32,000 nucleotides of DNA, from contig NZ_CP046579.1 of NCBI RefSeq assembly GCF_013365475.1, forward strand, positions 810,001 to 842,000, given 5' to 3'. This document shows positions 19,365 through 28,028 of the stretch, one piece after another. Each line of letters starts with the position of its first letter. Position 1 is the first letter of the stretch. Below the pieces are notes generated by a model that saw only the letters and a program-made list of their open reading frames with translations, was not told where the DNA came from and searched no databases. The position numbers and the translations under genes were made by a program. This DNA comes from Candidatus Saccharimonadota bacterium. GTDB taxonomy: Bacteria > Pseudomonadota > Alphaproteobacteria > Rickettsiales > Anaplasmataceae.

Positions 19365-19736
19365 ATGGATGATCATAATATCAATTATATTACTATTACA
19401 AATCCAAGTAGTAGCACTGAACATAAACTTGAGGAAATTGTTAATTTTACAAAAAACAAGGTTATAAGTGCTGATGGGTTAACTTTAGTGGAAGTATTCC
19501 AAGCACTAGTTCAAATGATGAACAGTGATCTAAAATTAGTAAAAGAAGTGTTAGTACATGCCAATATCATGGTAAAGCATGGCATGAGAGTAGCAAAAGA
19601 ATCAGAATTAAGAAGGCATGAAGTTCTTAAATTTCTCAGATGTAAAAAAAATGTTATCAGTAGACAGGATTGTATAAATAAGCCATCTACTATACCTATT
19701 ACAAAACAAATCAAAAAGAGAGTTATAGGTTTTTAG
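19365..19736 (+). CDS. Hypothetical protein (123 aa, predicted helical, basic C-terminus)
   Basis: This is ORF evidence only. Its stop TAG (19734-19736) abuts the ATG of the next ORF. I recognise no motif. Confidence 0.4.
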   Translation: MDDHNINYITITNPSSSTEHKLEEIVNFTKNKVISADGLTLVEVFQALVQMMNSDLKLVKEVLVHANIMVKHGMRVAKESELRRHEVLKFLRCKKNVISRQDCINKPSTIPITKQIKKRVIGF

Positions 19737-20018
19737 ATGTCTTGCTCTATAAAAAAATTTACCGTACAATGTAACTTCAGAGGCCAAATTTCACCTTTCA
19801 CGATATATATAGGAAACCCAAAAAGTGACACTCATCCGATTTATTATCAAGATTCTTGGCTTACAAAAGAACGTGGAGGTAATATTCCTAGTAAAGTAAA
19901 AGAAGGCTTACAAAAATTGTACAAATTATCTAAAGAGAATGGAATCCCTTTTTCAGAGTTGTGTGCATATGCTATTACTGTAGCTAGCAATAGCAATAAA
20001 ATAAACAATAAAAAATAA
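19737..20018 (+). CDS. Small conserved hypothetical protein, possibly the DUF2610 family seen in Rickettsiales
   Basis: The pattern KKFTVQCNFRGQISPFTIYIGNPKSDTHPIYYQDSWLTKERGGNIP...SELCAYA resembles my recollection of DUF2610 proteins. This is unverified. Confidence 0.45.
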   Translation: MSCSIKKFTVQCNFRGQISPFTIYIGNPKSDTHPIYYQDSWLTKERGGNIPSKVKEGLQKLYKLSKENGIPFSELCAYAITVASNSNKINNKK

Positions 20019-20433
20019 TATGCTACTTTCCTACAGATTTCTCTATGAGACCCAAATTTTATTCACATAGGTATTACATATTACAAATATGTAACAATTC
20101 ACCTTAGTGTGAAGGTAATAGTTATACTGCAAAGTTATCAACTACGTTAGTTCCATATTTTAGTCGGGATGACCTAAGTGAACTAATAATGTAGTAACTA
20201 TAATTATACTGCACAGTATGTCATAAGTAAGAAGAAGTACAACTTTGATGTGTCTATCTTATACATAACACATTTTAAATAACGTAAATCTCTAGATGAA
20301 TACTGTGAATTTTCACTGACACAGCTGTAAGGTTAGCAAATCATTCAAGTTAAGCCAGTACCGATATATAATTATAAAAAAATGAACAAAACTACATAAT
20401 ATAGTGTATGTTATTATATTATAAATATATAAC

Positions 20434-21264
20434 TTAACTCCTCAATATCTCATTTACAGAAGTCTTCAATCTTGTTTTTGCATCTACTTTTTTTATTATA
20501 ACTGCACAATAGGTTGAAGTATTATTTTTAGATGAAGTAGATCCTGGTACTACTACAGAGTAAGGTGGAACTTCACCGTAAAGTACCTCACCGGTTTCTC
20601 TATCAACAATTTTTGTTGATGCGCCAATAAAAACTCCCATACCTAAAACTGACCCTTCTCTTATTATAATGCCTTCAGCTACCTCACTACGCGCACCTAT
20701 AAAACAATTATCCTCTACAATAACCGGAGAAGCTTGAATAGGCTCCAAAACTCCACCAATTCCTACTCCTCCAGAAATATGACAATTCTTGCCTACTTGT
20801 GCACAGCTACCAACTGTTGCCCAGGTATCTATCATTGTGCCAGAACCGATGTAAGCACCAACATTAATGAAGCTTGGCATAAGAACAGTATTTGCACCTA
20901 TATAAGCAGACCTACGAACAAAACATCCAGGAACTGTTCTAATTTTAAATTTGCGAAACTTTTCTTCATTCCATTTATCAAACTTACTGTTAACCTTATC
21001 AAACCACCAATTGTTATTACCTATTGTTCTACTCTTTTCAGTAAGGAAGTATAATAATATTGCCTGCTTTATCCACACATGCACTACCCACTTCCCGTCT
21101 GACAGCTTTTCTGCTACTCTAATTTTACCACAGCCAAGCAGTTTTATTATTCTTCTGATTATTGTCCTTGCTGCTATTTTTGTATTATGATTAATGAACT
21201 CATTTCTATTTTCCCAAATATTTTCTACATCATTCTGTATTTTATCTAGTTGTAAACTTTTCAT
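20434..21264 (-). CDS. dapD: 2,3,4,5-tetrahydropyridine-2,6-dicarboxylate N-succinyltransferase
   Basis: The C-terminal half has left-handed beta-helix hexapeptide repeats ([40 protein letters not shown]...[15 protein letters not shown]) after a DapD-type N-terminal domain. Confidence 0.88.
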   Translation of the reverse strand: MKSLQLDKIQNDVENIWENRNEFINHNTKIAARTIIRRIIKLLGCGKIRVAEKLSDGKWVVHVWIKQAILLYFLTEKSRTIGNNNWWFDKVNSKFDKWNEEKFRKFKIRTVPGCFVRRSAYIGANTVLMPSFINVGAYIGSGTMIDTWATVGSCAQVGKNCHISGGVGIGGVLEPIQASPVIVEDNCFIGARSEVAEGIIIREGSVLGMGVFIGASTKIVDRETGEVLYGEVPPYSVVVPGSTSSKNNTSTYCAVIIKKVDAKTRLKTSVNEILRS

Positions 21265-21674
21265 TTACTATATATCAATAAACTTTTGGTTTTATATAAT
21301 ATAAGCTTATCACTATTTTCCATGTAAGGACTATAAAAATAAGATTTAATACTTCACTAGAGCTTATTCAGTATATCCAAGATTCTGATACGCATATTAT
21401 AAATTTTTTATACTGTAACGAGAGTAATACAAGCTATAATGTTGTTATTTATACAGGAAAAAGTTAGGGAAGGTAGTCTTCTAGTGTTTACCACTTTAGT
21501 TCTTCTTATAGTAGGAATGCGCACTAAGTAGCTATCCTAAAGAAGCAATAGGTATAAAAACAATCAGTCCATGTAAAAATTTAAAGAAACTAGAGAGATT
21601 GAAATATAAAGAAAGCAAACTAAAGCTTTGATAAGGCAAGCATATTGAGTATTGAATATTATTGTGCCTTTAAC

Positions 21675-22784
21675 TTACTGCAGATAGAAGCGAGAGCTCA
21701 GCCTTAAATTCTTTTCAGAAGCTACACAATTAAGCAGCAACCCTATGCACATTAAACTTGTAGCAGTTGTACTTCCTCCATAGGATATGAATGGTAATGG
21801 ATCACCTATTACAGGTAAAAGACCTATTGTCATTCCAACGTTTATGAAGAAATGAGCACTAAAAAAAGCAAAGATCCCTATAGATACTAACTTATAAAAG
21901 TAATTTCTCGATCTGTATGCAATAGAGAATATTATAGTAAGCAACATATTATAAAGGAAAATCAAAGTTATGCTACCTAAAAACCCCCATTCTTCACTGA
22001 GTACTGCAAAAGCAAAATCTGTATGACTTTCTGGTAAAAACCCAAGCTGGGTTTGACTTCCTCTTGACAAGCCTTTGCCAAGTAATCCTCCTGAACCAAT
22101 AGCTATCTGAGATTGCTGTGCGCTATAACCTATCCCAAGTGGATCTGATGATGAATCCAAAAACGATAATATCCTTTTCTTATGATAGGGACGGAAGAAG
22201 AAACAAACAGATGGCACTATAAGAACTCCAAGTATTCCGAAAACTACTAAATGTAACCTTCTTACTATCGAAGTAAACATAATTGATGTCCCTATAAAAA
22301 ACATTACCATAGCTGTACCTAAATTAGGTTGTTTTAATACCAAGAGTATAGGTAGGAAAATAGCTATAAGTGCCTTAAATAATTTTTGAAATTCCATCAT
22401 TTTGTACACACTTTGCTTATTAAAATAACGAGCAAGTGCAAGTATTAATCCCAATTTTGCAAATTCTGATGGTTGTAAACTAAATGATCCAATTCTTATC
22501 CACCTTGTTGAACCCATGATAGGCAACCCAAAAAAACTCACTATTGATAATGTAATCACTGTTACTATATAGAAAAAATAAGCATACCTCAGATAAAAGT
22601 CTAGCTCTATAAATGACATGGCTATAGCCAGCGGAAAAAAGGAAGCAAATATAACTAGCTGATGAATTGCAAATGGTACCCAATTTCCTCCTGAAGAGGA
22701 GTATTGAATAATAATGCCAACACAAAACAGAGCTATTACATTAATGATTAATAACAAATAAATATTTTTTAATCTGTTATTCAT
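21675..22784 (-). CDS. rodA: SEDS-family peptidoglycan polymerase (RodA/FtsW), RodA-like
   Basis: It is a polytopic membrane protein. The N-terminal region (YSSSGGNWVPFAIHQLVIFASFFPLAIAMSFIELDF) and the segments PSEFAKL, LKQPNLGTA, PESHTDFAF and PFISYGGS are typical of SEDS proteins. The RodA-versus-FtsW call rests only on N-terminal resemblance to Rickettsiales RodA. Confidence 0.65.
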   Translation of the reverse strand: MNNRLKNIYLLLIINVIALFCVGIIIQYSSSGGNWVPFAIHQLVIFASFFPLAIAMSFIELDFYLRYAYFFYIVTVITLSIVSFFGLPIMGSTRWIRIGSFSLQPSEFAKLGLILALARYFNKQSVYKMMEFQKLFKALIAIFLPILLVLKQPNLGTAMVMFFIGTSIMFTSIVRRLHLVVFGILGVLIVPSVCFFFRPYHKKRILSFLDSSSDPLGIGYSAQQSQIAIGSGGLLGKGLSRGSQTQLGFLPESHTDFAFAVLSEEWGFLGSITLIFLYNMLLTIIFSIAYRSRNYFYKLVSIGIFAFFSAHFFINVGMTIGLLPVIGDPLPFISYGGSTTATSLMCIGLLLNCVASEKNLRLSSRFYLQ

Positions 22785-22850
22785 AGTGAAAGCCCTTATT
22801 TCTTAGTGTATCACAATATAGTAATAGTAAAATATGGAGTAAGATCAAAA

Positions 22851-24317
22851 TCAAAAAACCAATCTCTCAACTAATAAACAAATCGGACTACTATATACTC
22901 CAATTATTACTGTTAGAATAGTCATAAATGACAGACAAAAAAGCATAGATAATGGCACTTTGTTAACATAGCTATCTATTATTCCAGCATGTAACATTAG
23001 ATCATTTTTAAAATACATCTTTTCTATTATCTGCCATGTATATATCAATGTAAGCAAAGAACCAGCAGCAAAAACTATAAGAGAAACCCATGCATGAGAT
23101 TCAATAATCGCTTTCATCATATACCACTTACTTACGAAACCACCTGTTAAAGGCATACCAATCAACGCTAATCCAAGTAGAGTAGACATAAATGTTATAC
23201 AAGGCATTGATTTCTTCAGTCCTGATAAATTCTCCACTTTTGTGGAATCAAATTTATAAGAAATGCACCCTACAGCCATGAATAAAGAAGTTTTTATTAT
23301 ACTGTGATTTATTGTATGAAAAATTGCTGCAAACAAGCCTGCTTTCGAGTTCAAACTAAGCATTAAAATTATATAGCCGACCTGGCTAATGCTGGAGCTA
23401 GCAAATAATCTTCTCATATCTTTCGCGGTTATTGCAGATACTGACCCAAATATAATAGAACAAAGCGCAAGCACAACTGTTACATTGTTCAATGGTGGTT
23501 TGAATAAAAAAAAGTTTTGGTGAAAAACAGCATAAAAAATTCTAATAAAAACATATATGATGACTTTAGTTACTGTGCCCGAGAAAAACACACTAATAAA
23601 ACTTGGAGCCTCACTGTATGAATCAATCAGCCACTTACTCAATGGAAATAATGCCATCTTGGTTAATAGACTAACAAAAATGAATAATGTACCAAGCTTT
23701 ACAATGTTATTATCATATAGAGGTACTATTTTCTTAGCCATATCAGACATATTCAGCGTACCAGTCATGGAATACAAAAGCCCAATACCAAGCAAATAAA
23801 ATGTTGCACCCACTGTTCCACTAATCAGATATTCCAACGCTGCAACTAGAGCTCTCCTCTCTTTTCCCATTGAAACTAGCGCATAAGAAGAAAGAGATGT
23901 AACCTCTAAAAAAACATAAAGATTAAATATGTCATTTGTTACTAAAATCCCAAGTAGCCCACTTAAGCACAATAAAAACAAAGAATAGAAGCCAGTTATT
24001 TTGTTTTTGCTAATCTCCTTTTTGTTAATATAAAAACTATAAAGAACACTTATTAGCGCTATAAAATTCACTAAAGTCAAAATTAAGGAATTTAGAATAT
24101 CAATCCTCAGCTCTATTCCATATGTAGGAGCCCAATCTCCAAGATAATAAGTTATAACTTCACCATTATAAGTTATCATGAGTAGTTTCAACGAGATAAG
24201 AAAAGTAACTGCTGTTGTGATAAAAGAGATAAACCAGGATATTCTATGTTCTCTAACAAGAAAGCAAAACGTCGATGTAATTATTGGCATAACAACTTGT
24301 AAAATTGGTAAGTGCAT
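22851..24317 (-). CDS. Proton-translocating antiporter-like membrane subunit (NuoL/M/N - MrpA/D family), most like the MrpD/MnhD subunit
   Basis: It is 488 aa with about 14 predicted transmembrane helices. The family segment is WLIDSYSEAPSFISVFFSGTVTKVIIYVFIRIF. It stands alone, not in a nuoJKLMN context, which favours an Mrp-type subunit. Confidence 0.7.
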   Translation of the reverse strand: MHLPILQVVMPIITSTFCFLVREHRISWFISFITTAVTFLISLKLLMITYNGEVITYYLGDWAPTYGIELRIDILNSLILTLVNFIALISVLYSFYINKKEISKNKITGFYSLFLLCLSGLLGILVTNDIFNLYVFLEVTSLSSYALVSMGKERRALVAALEYLISGTVGATFYLLGIGLLYSMTGTLNMSDMAKKIVPLYDNNIVKLGTLFIFVSLLTKMALFPLSKWLIDSYSEAPSFISVFFSGTVTKVIIYVFIRIFYAVFHQNFFLFKPPLNNVTVVLALCSIIFGSVSAITAKDMRRLFASSSISQVGYIILMLSLNSKAGLFAAIFHTINHSIIKTSLFMAVGCISYKFDSTKVENLSGLKKSMPCITFMSTLLGLALIGMPLTGGFVSKWYMMKAIIESHAWVSLIVFAAGSLLTLIYTWQIIEKMYFKNDLMLHAGIIDSYVNKVPLSMLFCLSFMTILTVIIGVYSSPICLLVERLVF

Positions 24318-24380
24318 TAAATTGTTGCTAATGGATTACTAAAGTAGTAGATATATAATACCTATTGTTTTAATAGTTTT

Positions 24381-24698
24381 ATGTTATCTAAAATTTGTAA
24401 TGCAGTAAAATCTTTATTACGAAGAGAAGATCAATTTGTAGGAAGAGATAAAAATGAAAACTTTTACTATAAGTCAAGTACAGGAAAAAGGTGGGTTATA
24501 TATAAAAATACTCCAGATCCTACAACAATTCCTCCAGAATGGCATATATGGGTTCATTACACTGATAACACAGTGCCAGTTAACGAAAAAAAAACGAAGG
24601 TAAAACATATCACTAACTTTACAGGCACAAAAGTCATGTGTAATTCAAAGCAAGAAGTAAAAAGTTACTATAGAAGCTGGAATCCTAATAATAAATAA
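24381..24698 (+). CDS. NADH:ubiquinone oxidoreductase subunit NDUFA12 (B17.2)-like protein
   Basis: FVGRDKNENFYYKS...GKRWVIYKNTPDPTTIPPEWHIWVHYTDNTVP matches the NDUFA12-family pattern (G-D-x-GN-YYE ... RRWV-Y ... IP-EWH-WLH). Confidence 0.8.
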   Translation: MLSKICNAVKSLLRREDQFVGRDKNENFYYKSSTGKRWVIYKNTPDPTTIPPEWHIWVHYTDNTVPVNEKKTKVKHITNFTGTKVMCNSKQEVKSYYRSWNPNNK

Positions 24699-25328
24699 AA
24701 GAGATAAAGATCGAGTATACTTGAAACAAATATTTTTCTGTTTGCTTTCCTTCTGATACAGAAGCATGGTGTGGTAGAGGTGTTAAGATTTTAGCATAAA
24801 CATTCTTAGCTTTAATAAATAGATACTAAACATAGAGTTTACTTAAATCAGAGCAAACGTAGGTAAAATTTTCATCACATATCTTAAACAGCTTAACTGT
24901 AGTAATAAAACTGCTGATAAATCTTACCAACTACTCTTGTTACTGAATCTGGTACTGATCTTAGTGCTATCTTTGTGATAGACTTATGGTAAAAGGTTAA
25001 CGTAACCTGACACATCATATTATTTTGCATTTCAGCTAGCGGTCAAAAGCACTGAAAATTACTATATAAAAACAGATAAGTAGTGAATGACTAGTTACAT
25101 CAGATTTTCTTGTCTTTCTTCACTGAAATTCTTTGGATATTAAAGTAACCTATGAAGAAGTGTTTATTTTTACAACAAACGGTGAAATTTTAAATGCAAC
25201 ATTATAATCTATTTACCTAGATTTTAGTGTCAGCTACTTGTATAACATCACCTATTATGCCTCAAATTACAATACTTATTCAATTGCAAATTTAACTATG
25301 AAAAAGCATAACAAGCCATAAAGCATTG

Positions 25329-25405
25329 TGGTGGGACTAGTGCGATTTGAACGCACGGCCTTCGGATTAGGAATCCAATGCTCTATCCTACTGAGCTATA
25401 GTCCC
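25329..25405 (-). tRNA. tRNA-Arg (anticodon CCT), 77 nt with genomically encoded CCA
   Basis: I folded the minus-strand sequence GGGACTA TA GCTC AGTAGGATA GAGC A TTGGA TTCCTAA TCCGA AGGCC GTGCG TTCAAAT CGCAC TAGTCCC A CCA by hand into a cloverleaf. It has a 7-bp acceptor stem, a 4-bp D stem, a 5-bp anticodon stem (one T-G pair) and a 5-bp T stem with a TTCAAAT loop. Confidence 0.9.
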
Positions 25406-26308
25406 ACGTATTCCCATCATTAGCACAACCGTAGCAAAAACCTTATTTTTTAGATCTTTTGCAGAATAAGTTTATAAATAAAACATTTCAATACATTCAC
25501 TTAATATAATGCTATTATATTTTATAATAAAATTTCAGTTGATGCTAATTAATAGCACAAGTTACTTATTATAATAATCAAAGGTGATTTTGCTTTAAGC
25601 AATAAATATTGAAGGAAGACAAGTAGATATTGTGTGTTTATTAGTAGACTGAGGTTACAGCAAGATAACGATTTTGAAATTAATTTCAGGAATAAAAAAT
25701 CTAAAATCTTGCACCATTTCTATAAATAATAGATTAGCAGAAAGTTAATGACATATTTATTTCAATACCTCTGCACTATCTCACCACAAAACAGTAGCAA
25801 AAACGCAACCTTGTGTTGTGTAGTCTCCTAAAAAAAGAAGGACCACTGTACTAGGGATCTTGAAGCTATTTAAGTGTAGAAAATATAAAAATACATACTC
25901 TAACGGCACATTGGGAGACTAATAACAATTAGTTGTAACAGGAAGGGGGGTGTCGGGTAGCACAAAATCCTGAAGTTATTTTGCTGATGAGATATTTTTC
26001 TAATTTAGATAAACTTCTTAAGTATCAAATAAAACATCACATATTATTCTAGAAGTAAAAATGCTGCTGTACTAAATATGGTAATAATCCACAAGAAGTA
26101 TTGAGAATTGCGACTCTATTCATTAATAAAAAACTGCAGAATCACTTAACACATATTTATTGCTAAAAGCAACCAAGTCCAAAATTATTAAAAAATAGAT
26201 TAAAAAATTTTGACCTGTAGACAGATAAAAGTAGTATAATCTATGTGCTACTTGATCCCAGTCAAGTATTTTTATCTAAAATTTTATGTTTCTATAATGG
26301 AGGTGCAA

Positions 26309-26476
26309 ATGAGCTTAGGGCCATGGCAATTGTTTCTAGTCTTGATAATAATCTTAGTTCTGTTTGGTGCAGGCAGGTTACCACAAGTAATGAGTGATTT
26401 AGGTAAAGGCATTAAAAACCTTAAACAAGAACTTAAGGATTCAGAGAAATTATCATCCAACGAACCAGACCGTTAG
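26309..26476 (+). CDS. tatA: Twin-arginine translocase subunit TatA/E
   Basis: MSLGPWQLFLVLIIILVLFGAGRLPQVMSDLGKGIKNLK shows the TatA transmembrane helix followed by the FG hinge and amphipathic helix. GGAGG at 26299-26303 precedes ATG 26309. The track's upstream start at 26243 is unlikely. Confidence 0.85.
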   Translation: MSLGPWQLFLVLIIILVLFGAGRLPQVMSDLGKGIKNLKQELKDSEKLSSNEPDR

Positions 26477-26493
26477 CGTCCTAATATTTTTGG

Positions 26494-26510
26494 CACGCAC
26501 TTAGTGCGTG
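26494..26510 (+). terminator. Candidate intrinsic terminator after tatA
   Basis: The hairpin is CACGCAC-tta-GTGCGTG, a perfect GC-rich 7-bp stem with a 3-nt loop. It lies 18 nt after the tatA stop and is followed by tcatttgtct, a modest T-rich tail. Confidence 0.5.
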
Positions 26511-26548
26511 TCATTTGTCTAAAAATTCAGCCAAGATAAAAATATGGG

Positions 26549-26577
26549 TTGAAATACAGTAACAATCATGTTAATTT
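26549..26577 (+). promoter_or_regulatory. Candidate sigma70-type promoter for the first exoD copy
   Basis: TTGAAA (26549-26554), a 17-nt spacer, then TAATTT (26572-26577), about 48 nt upstream of ATG 26625. The TTGAAAtaYagYaaYaatYatg block recurs at 27315-27336 upstream of the second copy, where the -10 position reads a weaker TAGCTA. Such matches are common by chance in AT-rich DNA. Confidence 0.3.
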
Positions 26578-26624
26578 CAAATTAGTAACTATAATTAAAG
26601 ATAAAAGTGTAAAGAGGTGAGAAG

Positions 26625-27260
26625 ATGTCTAAAAATAAGTTAGCCTCTGACATTCTAAAAGAAATCGCAGAAGTTAATAATGCTAACAGCAATAAAATAA
26701 CGCTATTTGACATTAGAGCAGCTTTACACAAGCGTAGTTTTGGTGCTTTAATAATTATTTTCTCCTTGCCACTTTCACTACCTATACCTGTCCCGCCTGG
26801 CTATACAACGGTCCTTTCTATACCTTTAATTTTATTTTCACTACAGCTTTTATTTGGGTCCAATTCTCTTTGGATTCCTTGTTGGTTAGAAAGAAAAGCT
26901 TTTAAGCGTTCAACAGTAATTCTCATAGTAGGAAAAATTATACCTATGTTAAGAAAAATAGAAAAATTCATGAGACCAAGATTATCTTTCATTTTTTATG
27001 GACCTGGTGAGAAGATTCTAGCTTTTATGACGTTACTCTGTGCTATAATAATAGCTCTTCCATTACCCTTTACTCACTTTCTCCCTGCAATTGGTACAAC
27101 TTTTATTTCGCTTGGTATTATTGGCAGAGACGGGCTACTTTCTATGCTAGGAGTTTTAATATCATTGTGTGCGCTACTGCTTACTATTATTATAATAACC
27201 AAAGGACCACAGTTTATAATAGAAGTATTGTCTGTTCTAAAAAGCTTTGTGCGTGGTTAA
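26625..27260 (+). CDS. exoD: ExoD-family membrane protein (exopolysaccharide synthesis ExoD-like), copy 1
   Basis: RSFGALIIIFSLPLSLPIPVPPGYTTVLSIPLILFSLQLLFG ... LPLPFTHFLPAIGTTFISLGIIGRDGLL matches the ExoD (PF06055-type) pattern as I recall it. Confidence 0.7.
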   Translation: MSKNKLASDILKEIAEVNNANSNKITLFDIRAALHKRSFGALIIIFSLPLSLPIPVPPGYTTVLSIPLILFSLQLLFGSNSLWIPCWLERKAFKRSTVILIVGKIIPMLRKIEKFMRPRLSFIFYGPGEKILAFMTLLCAIIIALPLPFTHFLPAIGTTFISLGIIGRDGLLSMLGVLISLCALLLTIIIITKGPQFIIEVLSVLKSFVRG

Positions 27261-27371
27261 ACTCTATAATACCTTAACACAAGGTAAATACTTGATACGA
27301 ATGCAGAATGAATGTTGAAATATAGCAATAATTATGCTAGCTAAAAGGAATAATTTTGTCCAAGGATAAAT

Positions 27372-28028
27372 GTGCAAAAAAATGAGAGAATAACTAAAAA
27401 TAAAAAATTGGTTTCTGATATCTTAAAAGAAGTTGCAGGTACTAGCACTGCTAATACTGACAAAGTGACGTTGTTTGATATTAAAATTGCCTTGCAAGAA
27501 CGTGGTTTTGGAATTTTAATAATCATTTTCTCTTTGCCACTATCAGTACCAATACCTGTTCCACCTGGTTATACAACTATTCTTTCTATACCTCTAATTC
27601 TATTCTCACTGCAGCTCTTGCTTGGATTTCACTCTCCTTGGATGCCGCATTGGTTAGAAAGAAAATCTTTTCAATTCTCAACATTAGCTCTTGTAGTAGA
27701 GAAAACTTCATATGCATTAAAAAAAATAGAAAAATTCACGAAACCAAGAATACCATTTATTTTTTATGGACCTGGTGAGAAGATTCTAGCTTTCATAATG
27801 TTGCTTTGCGCATTATCGATAGCTATTCCACTGCCTTTAACTAATTTTATTCCTGCAATTGGCACGACTCTTATTTCACTAGGTATCACTAGTAAGGACG
27901 GACTTCTTTCCATATTGGGAGTTTTAGCATCTTTATGTGGTTTATTACTTACTCTTGTTGTAATAGTTGAAGGACCACAGCTCATAATTGGAGCATTTTC
28001 TTTTCTAAAAAGTTTTGTATATGGTTAG
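27372..28028 (+). CDS. exoD: ExoD-family membrane protein, copy 2 (tandem paralogue)
   Basis: By my position-by-position comparison it is about 69% identical to copy 1 over roughly 204 aligned residues. The track start at 27372 is a GTG and no in-frame ATG is nearby, so the start is uncertain. Confidence 0.7.
   Translation: MQKNERITKNKKLVSDILKEVAGTSTANTDKVTLFDIKIALQERGFGILIIIFSLPLSVPIPVPPGYTTILSIPLILFSLQLLLGFHSPWMPHWLERKSFQFSTLALVVEKTSYALKKIEKFTKPRIPFIFYGPGEKILAFIMLLCALSIAIPLPLTNFIPAIGTTLISLGITSKDGLLSILGVLASLCGLLLTLVVIVEGPQLIIGAFSFLKSFVYG

Larger units (their letters stand above)
26549..28028 (+). repeat. Diverged tandem duplication with a unit of about 766-768 bp, containing both exoD paralogues and their upstream leader
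   Basis: The offset between homologous points is 27315-26549 = 766 for the upstream block and 27414-26646 = 768 for the SDILKE codons. Confidence 0.8.

Noticed and set aside
20074-20217. An AT-only hairpin TTACATATT-aca-AATATGTAA (20074-20094) after the small-ORF pair. Also an imperfect direct repeat, GTAATAGTTATACTGCAAAGT (about 20114) versus GTAACTATAATTATACTGCACAGT (about 20194).
   Set aside because: The hairpin is pure A/T with no T-tail, so it is weak as a terminator. The direct repeat is short with mismatches and an indel. Both are within what AT-rich sequence gives by chance.
25089-25095. GACTAGT, matching 7 nt of the tRNA-Arg acceptor/T-arm region about 240 nt beyond the tRNA 3' end. 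I considered it as a possible att-site duplicate marking a degraded integrated element.
   Set aside because: The match is only 7 nt, and no integrase or cargo is nearby. It is not distinguishable from chance.
25821-25921. An 8-bp complementarity, TAGTCTCC (25821-25828) with GGAGACTA (25914-25921), which could close a structured RNA of about 100 nt next to the G-rich island.
   Set aside because: By my rough estimate about one such 8-bp match is expected by chance in a region this size. No known ncRNA motifs lie inside.
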